From Rhynchobatus australiae (taxonomy: Eukaryota), in contig JAUZTB010000118.1 of the NCBI GenBank assembly GCA_034780895.1, positions 56,725,228 through 56,789,227 on the forward strand: DNA of 64,000 bases, read 5' to 3'. The notes below the pieces were generated by a model that was given only the letters and a program-made list of their open reading frames with translations, was not told the DNA's origin and searched no databases. The translations under genes were made by a program, and so were the position numbers. This document shows, piece by piece, positions 49,135 through 63,007 of the stretch. The number at the start of each line of letters is the position of its first letter. The first letter of the stretch is position 1.

Positions 49135-50459
49135 NNNNNNNNNNNNNNNNNNNNNNNNNNNNNNNNNNNNNNNNNNNNNNNNNNNNNNNNNNNNNNNNNN
49201 NNNNNNNNNNNNNNNNNNNNNNNNNNNNNNNNNNNNNNNNNNNNNNNNNNNNNNNNNNNNNNNNNNNNNNNNNNNNNNNNNNNNNNNNNNNNNNNNNNNN
49301 NNNNNNNNNNNNNNNNNNNNNNNNNNNNNNNNNNNNNNNNNNNNNNNNNNNNNNNNNNNNNNNNNNNNNNNNNNNNNNNNNNNNNNNNNNNNNNNNNNNN
49401 NNNNNNNNNNNNNNNNNNNNNNNNNNNNNNNNNNNNNNNNNNNNNNNNNNNNNNNNNNNNNNNNNNNNNNNNNNNNNNNNNNNNNGTGTTCTTTGTCAGT
49501 GAACATGGAGGAGTTCAAGACCAGCTTGGCACACGGCTTTGTGCAAAACTTGATGCCAATCCTTTCATGAATGGAAGTGGTCATCAGCTTCACTCACCCA
49601 ACTGTAACAGCATCTGATGGTCGACATTGCAGCCTCCAGTGCAATAGAATGACAAACCATCCAGTAATGGAAGCTGAGCCCGCTATCTTGTAACATCAGC
49701 TGTCTGCCATGTAAGTTTTGACAATTAACATCATGTTTGCACAATGTCACAGAATTCCAAAAATCTGTCCTCCTGCAAGTCAGTTAGATTTCTGAGACAC
49801 CACCCTGGGTAACTGAAGCAATTTTCCCTCCCACTCTGCTGGTGGCCTTGATGTTGACTGTCAGCCAGTAAGCCAGGACCGCTGGCTCCCCTGGCACAAT
49901 CGGTGCAGAGCTGCCTAAAGTCAGTTTCCAAGATAACTGCAGTCTTCTCCAGTGAAAGTTAGCAGCCTTACACCAGCCCTGTTGCTGGAGACACTGCTTG
50001 GAAACATCAAGACAGACAAAGGCACGTGAAAAACAAGCTCTTAAGGAAATTCAAAAGGATGATCAGTTGACCTTGCACGGACTATGTTATAATTTCATTC
50101 AAAAGTTTTGGTTTGCAGTACTTATTTTTATAGTGACTTTTAGCCTTCCATTCCAAATGCATGCTGTGATAATCCGTGACAGAAAGAAGGCTGGATGTGG
50201 ACAGGGATTTACTGTTACTGAGAGAGTATCTGTTTCAGGAGTCTGGTGTCAGGCATGTGAACACTGTGGCCTGTCCAATGCAACCTACGAAGTGAAGCTT
50301 AAGCCTGAATGCCGGGAATGTTGGCCTGGGACAGAGTGCTGATGTTAGTTTACTTGCCCTTTCGGTGAATTTTACAAGGCTAGCATTGATGTTTTGTTTC
50401 CAGTGCCTTGAAACACCTGCTGTAGTTAGTCCCAAGTTTCAGAAGTGTCGTACCTCTTG

Positions 50460-50740
50460 GGAACTTCTGGTACACAACCACCCTAAGTTGAGAAGGAGGA
50501 GTTGAGATGAAGTTAAGAACCTCAAGGCCATGCATCAGGAGCAGACTGAAGCCTTGCGTAAGCGAGGGATGGAGTGGACCACCTCACAAATTACCCACTT
50601 GCCTGTCCCATCAGCCACCCTCTGCGCCATCTGTAAGAGACCCTGCAGTTCCCACATTGGCCCCATTGGCCACCTCAGAACCCACAAAAATGAAATGGAA
50701 GCAAGTCATTTTCAATCCTGAGGAAATGCCAAAGAAGAAC
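50460..50740 (+). mobile_element. RTE-clade LINE 3' end
   Basis: CAICKRPCSSHIGPIGHLRTH (C2H2) plus tail gcaagtcattttcaatcctgagg..tgccaaagaagaa. Confidence 0.7.
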
Positions 50741-51196
50741 TATAACTGATAGATGACTCCTTTGCAGTTAGCCTTTGTGGAAAAACCTATCCATGTTTCT
50801 TCTTCCCTTCATGTTCTTTATCTTATTCCTTTTCCTCCTCCTTCTGCTCCTCAGCTGATTGTAGTAGAATTGGTGACGTCCATTTCTCGCATGATGTATC
50901 GGACCTCTGCGTGGCCTGATGCTGGTTCTGTCGAATAATGCAGACAGCGGTTCATGGCAGCAGAAGTATTAGAGGCAACCGCCGCATTACAGAGGGTTTG
51001 CGTTCCTAGAAGATGTATTGCGATTTTCTGTAACACAGAACCCCCCCCCTTCCATTGAATGATATGTTATAAGTGGAGCTGTGTTCCAACAGGATGTTTT
51101 TCTCTCATACTAAGCCATTTTACCAGCAATAACAAAGTGATCCACCGCTGTTATTTAACAGCTGAAGCCAACATTAGGCAGGGATGGATGAGGCTC

Positions 51197-51814
51197 ATGC
51201 AAAACAAACAACAAACAATTTTGTTAATTTTTATTTTTAGTCTCTCAATATGATGGTAATAAGATTTGGATATGATGTCATCGCATTGATTGGGTTGGCA
51301 GCCATGGCCGAGTCCCTCCTTTGCCACACCCTCTCTAGTCAAAGGATGTGAACAGACNNNNNNNNNNTCTTCATCTGAGAGGCATCTTCACTGACATGCA
51401 AAGCTTGTGGTTTAGGAAAGGGTTTAGATATTGGGGATATCAGGGAAAGGGGATACGAGGGTTCATGGGAGAAAAGTAGTGTAGAAGGAGTTCGGGGGTA
51501 ATGGGTTAAAGCACAGTGACTTAGTGGAGGTAGAGTAAAGGTGGAGGGATTACTTTAGGGAACTGGCTATGGCCGCTGCAGCTCCCCACAGTGCAGCCCG
51601 CCAGCAAACATGCCTCACAGATAAAGAGCACGACAGCAGCGCACTCTGAGCTGTCTGTCACATGTCCAGAGACTGAAGAGTGACGTGGCAAAGGAGAGAC
51701 TCAGCTGTGAGTTCCATCCTAATCAATGCAGTGATGTCACATCCAAATCTTATTGCCCCACAGGAGTGAGAAACTAAAGATGAAAAATGATAAAATATGT
51801 TGTTTCTTTTGCAT
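51197..51814. mobile_element. MITE-like element with about 130-bp imperfect inverted arms
   Basis: 51197-51328 (atgcaaaa..aataagatttggatatgatgtcatcgcattgattggg..gagtccctcctttgccac) is the reverse complement of 51683-51814. Confidence 0.72.
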
Positions 51815-52367
51815 TTTGTGTTTATTTATTTATTTTTCCCACATAAATTCAGTAAGAGTTAATTGTATCTCAGATTTTTTGAGAAGTGATTTGTGAATTC
51901 CATAAGGGTGAATTTCCTTGACTCGAACAGTCATGATATGGGGGTCACCTGTACGTTCATTGCATACATGTTATGCTCGTGTGAGTGGACTGCATTTGAG
52001 TCATTGATCACACCAGCAGTGTGGTTCAGTAATTAAGCTCTGATTTGCTGTGTTCACTCACATCCAGCTAGTACAGAATGAAGGTGCTATGACTATTGCT
52101 TGGACACCCAGTTTGACCTTCATGATTCACAGTTTTTGGTCCTACACCAACTGGGTGTGGAAGAAGTGAGATTGATATGGGATATAGAACTATATTTCAG
52201 AAGTAGAGTGAAAAGTGCAGCTGCTAAAGTATTATTAATTAATTCAATGATAGGGTGACACTGGTGTCCTACCCCTAACATCTGCAAGGTCTCAGTAGAA
52301 AAAGGAAAGATTGACATAGCAATTAGAAGTTTAAATAGAAACAAAAACTAATTGTAGGAAGGGAGTA

Positions 52368-52562
52368 AAGACAGAAAATGCTGTGGTTACTCAGCAATTT
52401 GGGCAGTATCTGCAGAGTTAATATTTCAGGCCAATGACGTTCTATCGTTGGCCTGAAATGTTAAACTGGATTTCTGTCTCCACAGTTGCTGCCTGACTTG
52501 ATGAGTAACCCCAGCAGTTTCTGATTTTATTTCAGATTTCTGGCATCTGCAGTTTAGTTTTT
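52368..52562. mobile_element. Fold-back mini element (Penelope terminal-repeat family)
   Basis: Central inverted pair ttaatatttcaggccaatga / tcgttggcctgaaatgttaa; outer pair gctgtggttactca / tgagtaaccccagc; plus-strand tail agatttctggcatctgcag. Confidence 0.78.
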
Positions 52563-54409
52563 TTACAGAACATATCAGGAGAATGGTTTCCTTGTTGTTC
52601 ACTGAGATGGTGGGTGATTGTATGATGTTGCTAAATTGAATTATGTTGCTCATTGTAAAAACATGAGAACATAAGAAATGAGAGCGTATCTCCCCTTGAG
52701 CTGGCATTGAAAATCCAGTAAGATAATTGGCTGATCTGATTGTAGGCTTCAGCTCCACTCTCGTGCAATTCCCCATAATCCCTAATTCCCCAGGAGTCCA
52801 AAATTGAATCCTCCTCCACCTTGAATATACTTCACTTTTCCTGGATCTTTGAAATTGGTTACCTGATGTCTGTGAACTTGCTTCTTTCTCAACTTGAGCA
52901 AGACCTGAGAGCAAAGAGTTTGAAAAGCTGAATCAATGCAGAGCCACTGAGTGGTTGCTGCATTCGTACGATAGGGAGCTCTAACTGCATTTTTTAGGAC
53001 AACACAGCAGAGAAGTAATAGTTTTGTAGCTAAAATACCTGACCAAGACGGGAGAGCACTTGACAGCAATCAGACTTACACCTGTGGCTTCACAGTCTGG
53101 GTCACATGTCAAAAGTTATGGGCAGAATTAACCAGGAGTGTTGGCAGCTGACTGGATTTACATATTTTAGTAACATGTAGATATATTTTGCAGGCTTTTG
53201 GCCAATTGTACCATGGTGAGTTGAACTGTCCACTATAAATATATGTCTGCATAACTAACAGAAGGAAGGCAGAGATTCTGTAGTGAGGCAGGCAGAAACT
53301 ATAAGGAAAAGTTAACTCAGTGGTCCCAGTAGAAACAACAACTGGAACAAAGCACAGTGATCCATCAGGGCCGGGGGCCAGAGGCAGGAGTGAGCGTGGG
53401 GAGGTGCAAGCACCACAACATGAAAGATGAGAGGCTCCAGGGAGCCCTATCTCAGAGGTCATGAGAGAAAGAAAAATTAGAGCAGGACGGGAGAACATCA
53501 AAGCCTCTGCAACCCTAAACAGACTAGGAGGCCTTGTGACGGCAGTGCCTATTTAAAAAAAAATTGCAGCGGAAACCCAGGCTAGAGCCTGAGCCAAGAG
53601 GCTGTATGTTCCTGGCCGCTGAGCATTTTAGGAATTCAGTCTGTTAAAGCTATTTGTGGCAGGGAGGCATGAAATTGGTACTTGAGACCCAACGGGGTCG
53701 CTAGACAGAAACACTGCTCAGGAGATCTTCTGCACTGGGGGCTTAAAGTATGTTCAACAATTAAGATAAAGCAGAAACATGAAGATGTCTTGAGAACAAC
53801 TGTTCACCTGCGTTTTGAAGCTGATGGTGCAGCAGATTTTTTGAAGTGCATTACAGCTAATGCGAATGTGAAGCTGGAGGCTCAGGAACAGTGACGTGTG
53901 ATTAGAACACTCAAAAGACTCAGCTTTCATGAGAGATTACAATTATAGAAATTTTATGTACGATAAATGACTAATGTAAATGTTAACATAAAAATCTTTA
54001 TGCACATAATGTTCTCAGACACGAACAAGACACGATAAGCAAGCTTTTAATTACATGACTATATACTGAGGTTTGTACATTCATATCAGATGTTATCACA
54101 ATATATGACTTTATGTTAATTAAGCCCATAAAAATTAATGAAATTTGTCATTATTTTGATACAGCTAGCTTTGGGTACTCATTCCCTTTTCAGTTCTCAG
54201 TTGTAACATTTTATCACTTGCAGTTAATAGCAGTGAATTCTTTAGCCAGCCNNNNNNNNNNNNNNNNNNNNNNNNNNNNNNNNNNNNNNNNNNNNNNNNN
54301 NGGAGTTAAGGGAAGATGGGATTGTACCCTTGACCAAAAGCATAACTAGATCTTCCATATAAGTATCCTGGAAATAAGAGAAAGTAGGACACTGGATAAA
54401 CTGCAGCAA

Positions 54410-54920
54410 GCAGCTCACGTCCTTTTCTCCCCCAAAAATTCCCAGCAAATGCAAGGCACCTCAGGAATCTATTGAACTTGCATCTACTTTCCTGGCTGAG
54501 TGCAGCTCCCACAACATTCAAGAAGCTTGATGCCATTTGGCCCCAAACAAACAATCTGATTTCCATTCGATCCACCACCCTAAAAGTTTGTTCCCACCTC
54601 CACCGTTTTACTGTGGCTTTACCGTTTACAAAATGCACTGCAATTACTTACCAAGACTACTCTAACAGCACCTCCCAAGCCCACAACCTCTACCACAAGG
54701 CGCTGGGGACACCGCTATATGTGGAATCTCCTCCATATTGCACACCATCCTGAGTTAGAAACAGTTTGCTGTTCCTTTATTGTTAAACCTTTGAAATTGT
54801 CACCCAATAACACCAGCATAGATTCACTGGATGTTTGCAGTGGTTCAAGAAGTTGGCTTAAGGGTACTAGGGGATGAGTAATTAATGCTGGCATTTCCAG
54901 CAATGCTGTCATCCCAAAAA
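54410..54920 (+). mobile_element. Non-LTR retrotransposon 3' end (common shark LINE)
   Basis: LSWLSAAPTTFKKLDAI ORF remnant; tail gttcaagaag..agggatgagtaattaatgctggcatttccagcaatgc..catccca. Confidence 0.65.
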
Positions 54921-57899
54921 GTTAACTTAATAATCAAAATTTGGCTTTTTTATGGACGAGTGAGAGCATTGTTTGAACTCTGACATGAATTTTGATGTGT
55001 TCATGAAAGAATCCTTGTAATTGATGTGGAATGACTTGTTCTGTAAGGTAAATAAGAAATAGAAGACCAATCTCTGAAAAAAATCATAACATTTGAGGCA
55101 ATTATTGTCATAATGCATTTGGAAGAATTGACAACTGGCCCAAGTAGTGTGCTCAAGTGAATAATGAAGTTTCAAAGACAAAGTTGATAACAAATTTTAT
55201 TCCTGTCTTTTCATTGCTTTATCACACTTGTTAAAGCTACAGACAAGTCAAAATGAACAAAGAGGGACAACTGTTTTAATGTTCAAAACAAAATAAATGT
55301 GCTGCGGCTCAGTTGAAGGCATCTGTATTGCTTTGATAGAAAACTCGATGAAACAACATTCTCCTTTACATCATTGTCTCTGGAATGTTTTCCACTGGTA
55401 GATACTAAGAGAATTGCATATCATGGCACACAACCATTACCTTGAGCACTACATCACCGGCTCATAGTCCTCTCTTTTGTAATAAAAAAACATTTTTTTT
55501 TACTTGGCTCTAATTCAGGCAGCCAGGCTTGGAAAGTCATTAACTGCAGATTGTGTTTGATGTGTGACAGAGTATAGCTATAGTACTATTCTTACAATCT
55601 CCATTACAAACATAAATGTTCTTCTATAGAACAGGTCTCATATCATAAATACTTCAATAAAATATTTAAAGAAGGTTGACCTTTAGAGTTTTGGACATTT
55701 TTCCCTGAATATTTGGGCTTTAAAGAAAAAAACTAGACACAGAATATATTTTTACTGTTCAAGAGACAAAATTTATTGCCTTAATATATTTTGAAAGAAT
55801 AACTAGTATGTGTAAGAACCCATAGGCCTATGTTTTGCAGTCAACAAGAATCACATTAATTGTTCACCTCACTGATAGTTGCCTGAAGCTTTTCTGAGCT
55901 TTTGCCCATAAAATTAGGATTATCAGGCATTGTATCTCGTGCAGCACCATGTTGAGATTACCTGTAACATGTAGGAGCAGGAAAGCAAGAGGGAGGTTCT
56001 TCACTGAATCAGACTGAAGAATTCTAACTGAGATGCAGCATCACTTTCACGTGGAGAAAAATTCCGAGACAAAAATAAATGAAGGTTGGTGGTAATACTG
56101 GAAAAAAAAGGTTTTCTCTAAAACTGTCCAGCACTGTCAGAATTGAAACTTTGCACATGTAAGATTAAATCTTTAAGGTTATATCCCAGCCATTATTACT
56201 CATCATGCCATTAAAAATTTATTGACACTTCAGTGCACCAACCTCTTTTTTTTTATTTGGTTGCGTGTCATGGGTAATTAATGGGCAACTCTAACTTTGA
56301 TTTCAATGCCTTTTCTATCCATGAGTTACTGCTATAGCACAGTTTGTGAAGGAGAAGGCTATTTCAGAGAGAATTTGATTAGTTTCCATGTTTNNNNNNN
56401 NNNNNNNNNNNNNNNNNNNNNNNNNNNNNNNNNNNNNNNNNNNNNNNNNNNNNNNNNNNNCTGACCCCTAATCTACACTAGATGTGGCTTCGCTCTGCTC
56501 TGCTTCGGTGCGAAGCACAGAGGAGTAGGAAATGCGAGATTGCGCGATAAAGACAGTAATGAATGTGGAAGTCAGAGCAAAAGAATTCATTCTGTGGGAA
56601 ACGGACTAAACACAGTTGAAACTGCATTAAAAATGTGGTTTTTAAACAGTTGTTGTCCCTAATCCATGCTGATCCCTTAGTTTACTCTCTTCTTACATTC
56701 TGCCATCTCTTTCTATCTGTCTATCTCTCTTACTCTCTGTTTCTCTGACACTGTCTCCATCTCCCCATGCTGGACCAAAGATGAGAGAGAGTGAGGGAAT
56801 GAATCACAATGTAGCCTGAGCATGATATACTATTCTAATGGTCGTTTTCAATTACAGTATTAGATCTTTTTTTATTGATTTGCAACCTCTTCTCCAGAAT
56901 TTGTGAGCTTCTGGTACTAGTTTGTTCAAAACAATCTGACAAACATATGTTTAATAAACTTAACTGATGAAACACTGTGTTCAAATATACAGCCTGTTGG
57001 CAATCAGTCACAGGGCAAAAGGACAGACCAGTTGCTCAAAGTATTCTTGGTGTTCTCGCCATTCTGTGCATTCCAAAATAAGTTAAATACATTGAGAAAT
57101 TATTTCTTCTTTTTCAAGCTTTTTACATTGAGAAATTATTTCTACCAGTTTAGTTATATTATTGCCATAAGTACCACAAGTACATCATGACTATTTATAA
57201 CTGTGAGAAGTATACTTTAATTACATTTCTTGTTTTGCAAAATAATTGGTTAGCTCCATGGAAAATGAATTATGAAAAATACTTTTCATTTCTCTTTTCA
57301 ATTTTTCTTGTTGATGTGATACCATTTTTCACAGTCTCATCAGAATTGAGATTCCTAATCAGGTANNNNNNNNNNNNNNNNNNNNNTCAAGTCCAATGAT
57401 GTGCTTTAAAATTGCCAACCAGGCATTTTGCAGCATTATGGAATCTTGCTCACTGTAGATGCAAAATGGATTCAGTGTCACTGTAAATGTAGATGTTACA
57501 CTTCACTGGACATGAAACAATTTGAGATATCAATGAGAGATATGATTCTGTGCTGTAAAATTGTGCAAATATAAGCATTTAGCCCCAGAAGAGTTCAGGG
57601 AATCTCTACCGGGATGAATTTCACCTCTTCAAATCAACCATCCTTGAGTCTTTGAAGAACAAATGCAAACTTTAGGGCTGAAATTCTGTTCCTTTCCACA
57701 GATGTACTTGTGCTTGCTGGGTGCGGGAAAAACTTCTGTTTTAAGTGTTTTTGATTTGTATTCAGAAGACTATAGTTGCCTTTGGTTATCAAAACATTCG
57801 CTAGTTTGAATTTTTCCATTAACTGGAAGTGAAGGTGATGCCTTATGAAAATGTACAGCAGCATTTTTGCCTTTGCCCAGGATATCCTGATAACTGCTT

Positions 57900-58340
57900 G
57901 AGTAAGATCATCCTGCAGTTGCACTCAGGATGCAACTCAATGAGGGGATATTGGAGCCCCCAGGGAAGTCTTCTCTGAATGTTAGAAGCATCAAACAATA
58001 TATGGCCATGCCAACAATGAACCATGGTTTCAGATTAAGGGGAAAGTTGCATTCTAATCTGTACTCAATGGGAACCGAGTGACAATAAGGAGTTAGAGTG
58101 ATCACGAGAGGCTTGTAAAACTATAGGTCTATGAAAAGGGCATCCCTGCTTTACTTCAATCCTCTCAAAGAATTTGTGGATGATCTCACCTTGCTCCTGA
58201 TTAGATCAATATATATTATTCTGCTAGTGCTATTTGAGAATGTGCAAGTTAGAAAGCAAATATCAATACATCACACTTGTATTTGCAACAGACCAGTCCA
58301 TTGGGATCCGGAAAAAGCTAATACCATATTTAGAAATCAT
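57900..58340 (-). mobile_element. Possible very old RTE-like RT fragment
   Basis: Minus strand GEIIHKFFERIEVKQGCP resembles the GVKQGC RT motif; otherwise heavily degraded. Confidence 0.3.
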
Positions 58341-59371
58341 ACTGCATTTTGATTCCCTTCTGTGCGGTACCCTCTTTTCCCAACTGAGGAAACTGGAGAG
58401 AAGGGTGAGGGACATTGCATTTTCCCCAGTGAGAAGAAAAAATAGCTGAGGTACCATTTCTGCATTAGTACGTACACTCTTGCTGAATGGTAAGATCAGT
58501 CTTTGCTGTCAATATTCTGGAGCCATATAGCAGCAGTGAGTCAGGACATTCGAGAAATGAAGGGAAAAATTAGCACAGGTAAAAAGAACAATATTGCATT
58601 ATAGAGATGTTGGATATTTGAAAGAAGTATCAGCCTTTTAATAGCTTTGTTATACAGTATGGAACAAGTCGAAATTGAATCTGATTTCATTTCTGATTTG
58701 ACAACTGTCTTCAATTTTATTTTAACACCATCTGTCAGAATTATATTCCTACTATCTTCCCATATCTATCTGTTCCATATACCAGAGACCATTGACTTCT
58801 CAAAGATTATTCAGTTAGTGCACTTTTAAGACTCAAAACTGAGTTGTAGATTTAGATTTGGGTTATTTTGTGTTGCTTTTTTACTAAGCAAATTATAGTT
58901 CAATAATTGGTCATGAATGTGGCCAGGTGAAATTCNNNNNNNNNNNNNNNNNNNNNNNNNNNNNNNNNNNNNNNNNNNNNNGCATTTTAAACTGATACCT
59001 CTATTTAAATAACATTGCATTTATTACTAGTATTTCATGGAGTCTTAATCTTGCATGTCATGGTACAGAGATTTATAAAATATATTCACATGATGAGGTG
59101 GGAATTCCACCAATATGGTGTTATGTTTAATTGTCATAATATCTATAATGGGGAAAATAAACGCTTTAGCTGTTAGATTTCATATTGAGTATTTAAGTTT
59201 TTATTCAAGTACATAAATAAAATTATGTTGTGAATATTGGAAATTCAATCAAAATCAGCACAAGAACTGTCAAGTTAGCTGATCAGGAAATATTTCTACA
59301 CAAGGCTTGGTTGTAAAGTTTAAACTAGACTAATGTATGATGTGTTTCATATTGTTTGATTTCCTGTTCAG

Positions 59372-59499
59372 AGGAGCCTTGCACACTCTTTTGCTCTCCC
59401 CTGGGGAAAGATCAGCCGATTCTGATCTCAGAGAAAGTGCTCGATGGAACGCCATGTGGTCTACATGAAGCAGACATCTGTGCTAATGGCACATGCCAG
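59372..59499 (+). CDS. ADAMTS19: ADAMTS19-like exon (Cys-rich domain)
   Basis: Acceptor ctgttcag|AG, donor CAG|gtatgt; 128 nt, phase 1-0: (E)EPCTLFCSPLGKDQPILISEKVLDGTPCGLHEADICANGTCQ; VLDGTPC and ICxNGxC are ADAMTS motifs. Confidence 0.95.
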
Positions 59500-60101
59500 G
59501 TATGTACAATAACATAAGAAAATAACATCAGTTGAGTTGAATGCCGAAAATAGTCAATTGTTATTTCTTCTTTGAAACTTGCACATAATCTTTTAACAAA
59601 TACATAAAAGATTACTGCAAAGCTGTGTGCTTATTTTAAAACATAAATAATTTTAAAAAATAGAAACTACCATTGCAATTGTTTAATACTGAAACAAATA
59701 ATCCTCCTGAATTACAGAATCAAAAGAAAAAGCCTAATCTTAATGGCAGGAAAATATTATGTTTCTGGGTATGTTGCTAGAGAAATTATTCTTACAGCCT
59801 TCAGCACTAAATGGATTCTAGGTTATCAGTTCTCAGTGGAACTCATCTCTCAACACCAGGTTGCATTGAAGTCAGCAGGATTAAATGTCAAATGGCTGAT
59901 ACTCTCATAGGAGTTTTTAACTGATGATCAATGATGAACTTTTACTTCATTGTTTTTAGCAGTGTTCATCCAATTTTAAAGTTGTTCAAGTTTTAATTTC
60001 ACATTAAATACAAAGAATAAAGTTTTATTCACGAGCCATCCACTATGTCTTTATTGCCTGCTCGTTAAAAGGCACAAAGGCAATGACAAAGTCATATTTT
60101 T

Positions 60102-60440
60102 AGAGTTATACAGTTATAGAGTCATTCAGCATTGAAACAGGCTCTTCAGCCCACTGAGTCTGCAGTAACCATCAAGCAACCAGTTACACTAATCCTACAC
60201 TCATCCCATTTTACCCCCCTACATTCCCATCAACTTCCTCCAGAATTTCCACTCACCTACACACCAAAGACAATTTACAGTGGCCAATTAACCGACCAAC
60301 CCACATATCTTAGGGATGTAGGAGGAAACCGGAGCCCCTGGAAAATATGCAAACTCCACACAGACGCCGCTAGAGATCAGGATTGAACCCTGGTCACTGG
60401 AGCAGTGAGGCAGCAACTTCACTAGCAATGCCTCTGTGTT
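60102..60440 (-). mobile_element. V-SINE (HE1-like) with CR1/HER1-type tail
   Basis: Tail tagagtcattcagcattgaaacaggctcttcagccca; V-domain remnant; B box gattgaaccc. Confidence 0.8.
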
Positions 60441-60484
60441 GCTCCAACTTAGATTTTGCTACATTTGAGTATAGTTTCAAAAAG

Positions 60485-61385
60485 AGGAAAGAGGAGATAT
60501 TGGCAGTCTTGAAGTGCATAAAGATGGATAAATCCCCAGCCTTGACCAGGTGTATCCTAAGACATTGTGGGAAGCAAGGGAAGAAATTATAAGGGCCCTG
60601 GCAGAGATTTTTGTATCTTCGTTGGCCACAGCTGAGTTAACAGAAGACTGGAGGATGGCTAATTTTTGTCTTTATTTAAGAAGGGCCACAAGGACAAGCC
60701 AGGGAACTATTGGCTTGTGAGTCTAATATCGGTGGTAGGAAAGTAACTGGAGGGATTCTGAGGGACAGAATTTATTTGCATTTGGAAAGGCATGGATTCA
60801 TTCGGGATAGTCAGCATGGCTTTGTCCATGGGAGATCGTGTCTCACAAATTTGATTGAGTTTTTGAGAAGGGGACCAAGAGAATGGATGAGGGCATGATG
60901 GTAGACATTGTCTACATAGATTTTGGCAAAGCCTTTGTCAAGGTCCTGCATGGTAGGCTGGTCTGGAAGATTAGAATACATGGGATCCAGAGTGAGATAG
61001 CACAGTAGAAAGTAGGAGGCAGATGGTGGTAGTGGAGGGTTGTATTTCAGATTGGAGACCTGCAACCAGTGCTGGGTCCTTTATTGTTTGTCATACATAT
61101 TAATGATTGGAAGAGAACAGTAGGTGAAGTGATCGGTAAGTTTGCAGATGACACCAAACCTGGTGGTATGGTGGAGAGTGAAGAAGGTTGTCTTAGGTTA
61201 CAACAGGTTAAACCAGGCCAGGACACACATTGTGAAGGCAGGGCCCTGGGAAGTGTTACTGAACAGCAAGACCTTGGAACTTTCCATAGTTCCCTGAAAG
61301 TGGTGACACAGGTGGACAAAGTGGGGATGATGCTTGCCTTCATCGACTGAGGCATTGAGTACAGGAGTTGGAGCGTCATGTTACA
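60485..61385 (+). mobile_element. CR1 LINE RT fragment
   Basis: IRDSQHGFVHGRSCLTNLIEF; LGPLLFVIHIND; KFADDTK; QQDLG..SSLKVVTQVDK. Confidence 0.92.
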
Positions 61386-63007
61386 TCTCTGGCGCTACAA
61401 GGCTGCAGCTCTACTAGTTGTGTCACTGAGTTGCCCCTACTTAAACCAATTATGCAAAGCCTTGCATAAAGAAATCCAATGGAAAAAATTGAAAGCATGA
61501 CACCAAAATTAAAACCTTAACCTAGTTCAAGGCTAGGATTTATAGGCATCAGTGTACAACATATTGTTTCCAGCAAAAGACTCATTCATCAGGAATTCAA
61601 ATCAGAAATTGATTTAGTACGTACAATTTTCCACTCATTAATTTAAATAGTCACAAATGATCTTTGCATCCATATTTTTGACAACATTCCATGCAAAGAA
61701 TAAAAATAGAGCAGGAATACAAGATCAGAAATTCACTTATTACGTACATCACGTGATTAAATTTTAGCACACCTAAACTTTTAAATCAAGTATAATAAGA
61801 CAATTCAAATAACTCTTCATTCACGTAAATATCCATGATCTAAAATCATACTGGAAGNNNNNNNNNNNNNNNNNNNNNNNNNNNNNNNNNNNNNNNNNNN
61901 NNNNNNNNNNNNNNNNNNNNNNNNNNNNNNNNNNNNNNNNNNNNNNNNNNNNNNNNNNNNNNNNNNNNNNNNNNNNNNNNNNNNNNNNNNNNNNNNNNNN
62001 NNNNNNNNNNNNNNNNNNNNNNNNNNNNNNNNNNNTGTCTGACTGAAAATGGCAGCAGTGAAAGGCAAGTTCAGCCACATATAAAAGAAATGACAACCAT
62101 ACTACTATAATTTCAGTAATAATGATGTCAAAAAATGTTACCAAACAAATTTATGAGGAATTTTATAGCAGTCACATGTTGGATGTCCCTAAAATTGGCC
62201 TCTTCCATTGTAAATGCTTTTTCATGATGAACTAACCTCAGAGAGGTTTACCTTATAAAAAGGGTAAAATGTCTACATTTACCACAATAAATTCTTTATA
62301 TGCAGATAATCATGATGAAAAGCTTATATTGAAAAGCAAAATAGTACTCTAATTGATAACAAGCATGTTTTCAGATAAATTACACAGCTACTGAAATCAG
62401 GTTCATAGCAAAAAACTGTACAGGTTGTACATATAGCTTTTTTCAACTGTCATCAAGCTTGGATTTGCTGGGAATCCCCAGCATTGCGACAAGTCGGACT
62501 TAATGTTTGATGAGAGACTCCTCATTTCAATGAGCATTCTCACCCTGCAAAATGAGGAAGGTAGGTAACATTTTAAAATTCTTTTACCTTTGTTTAATGT
62601 TTTTAATCAGTTGNNNNNNNNNNNNNNNNNNNNNNNNNNNNNNNNNNNNNNNNNNNNNNNNNNNNNNNNNNNNNNNNNNNNNNNNNNNNNNNNNNNNNNN
62701 NNNNNNNNNNNNNNNNNNNNNNNNNNNNNNNNNNNNNNNNNNNNNNNNNNNNNNNNNNNNNNNNNNNNNNNNNNNNNNNNNNNNNNNNNNNNNNNNNNNN
62801 NNNNNNNNNNNNNNNNNNNNNNNNNTGAGGCCTGATCTCTGGATATTTGCTAGGTAGTTCCAGAATCCAGAGACTCAGAAAAATTCCATCTTGCATTTGT
62901 GCTAGGTAAATGCACAGATAGGGAGAGTGTGGACAACGATTAGACGATGCTGGGTCCAGAATGATTCCCACCACTGTATTTTAGGTGAAACTTGTGATCA
63001 CCTTGGA

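Noticed and set aside
57088-57143. 20-bp direct repeat tacattgagaaattatttct (also 18-bp aacaggtcttattaccat at 34728/34753)
   Set aside because: Simple local micro-duplications with no sign of function.
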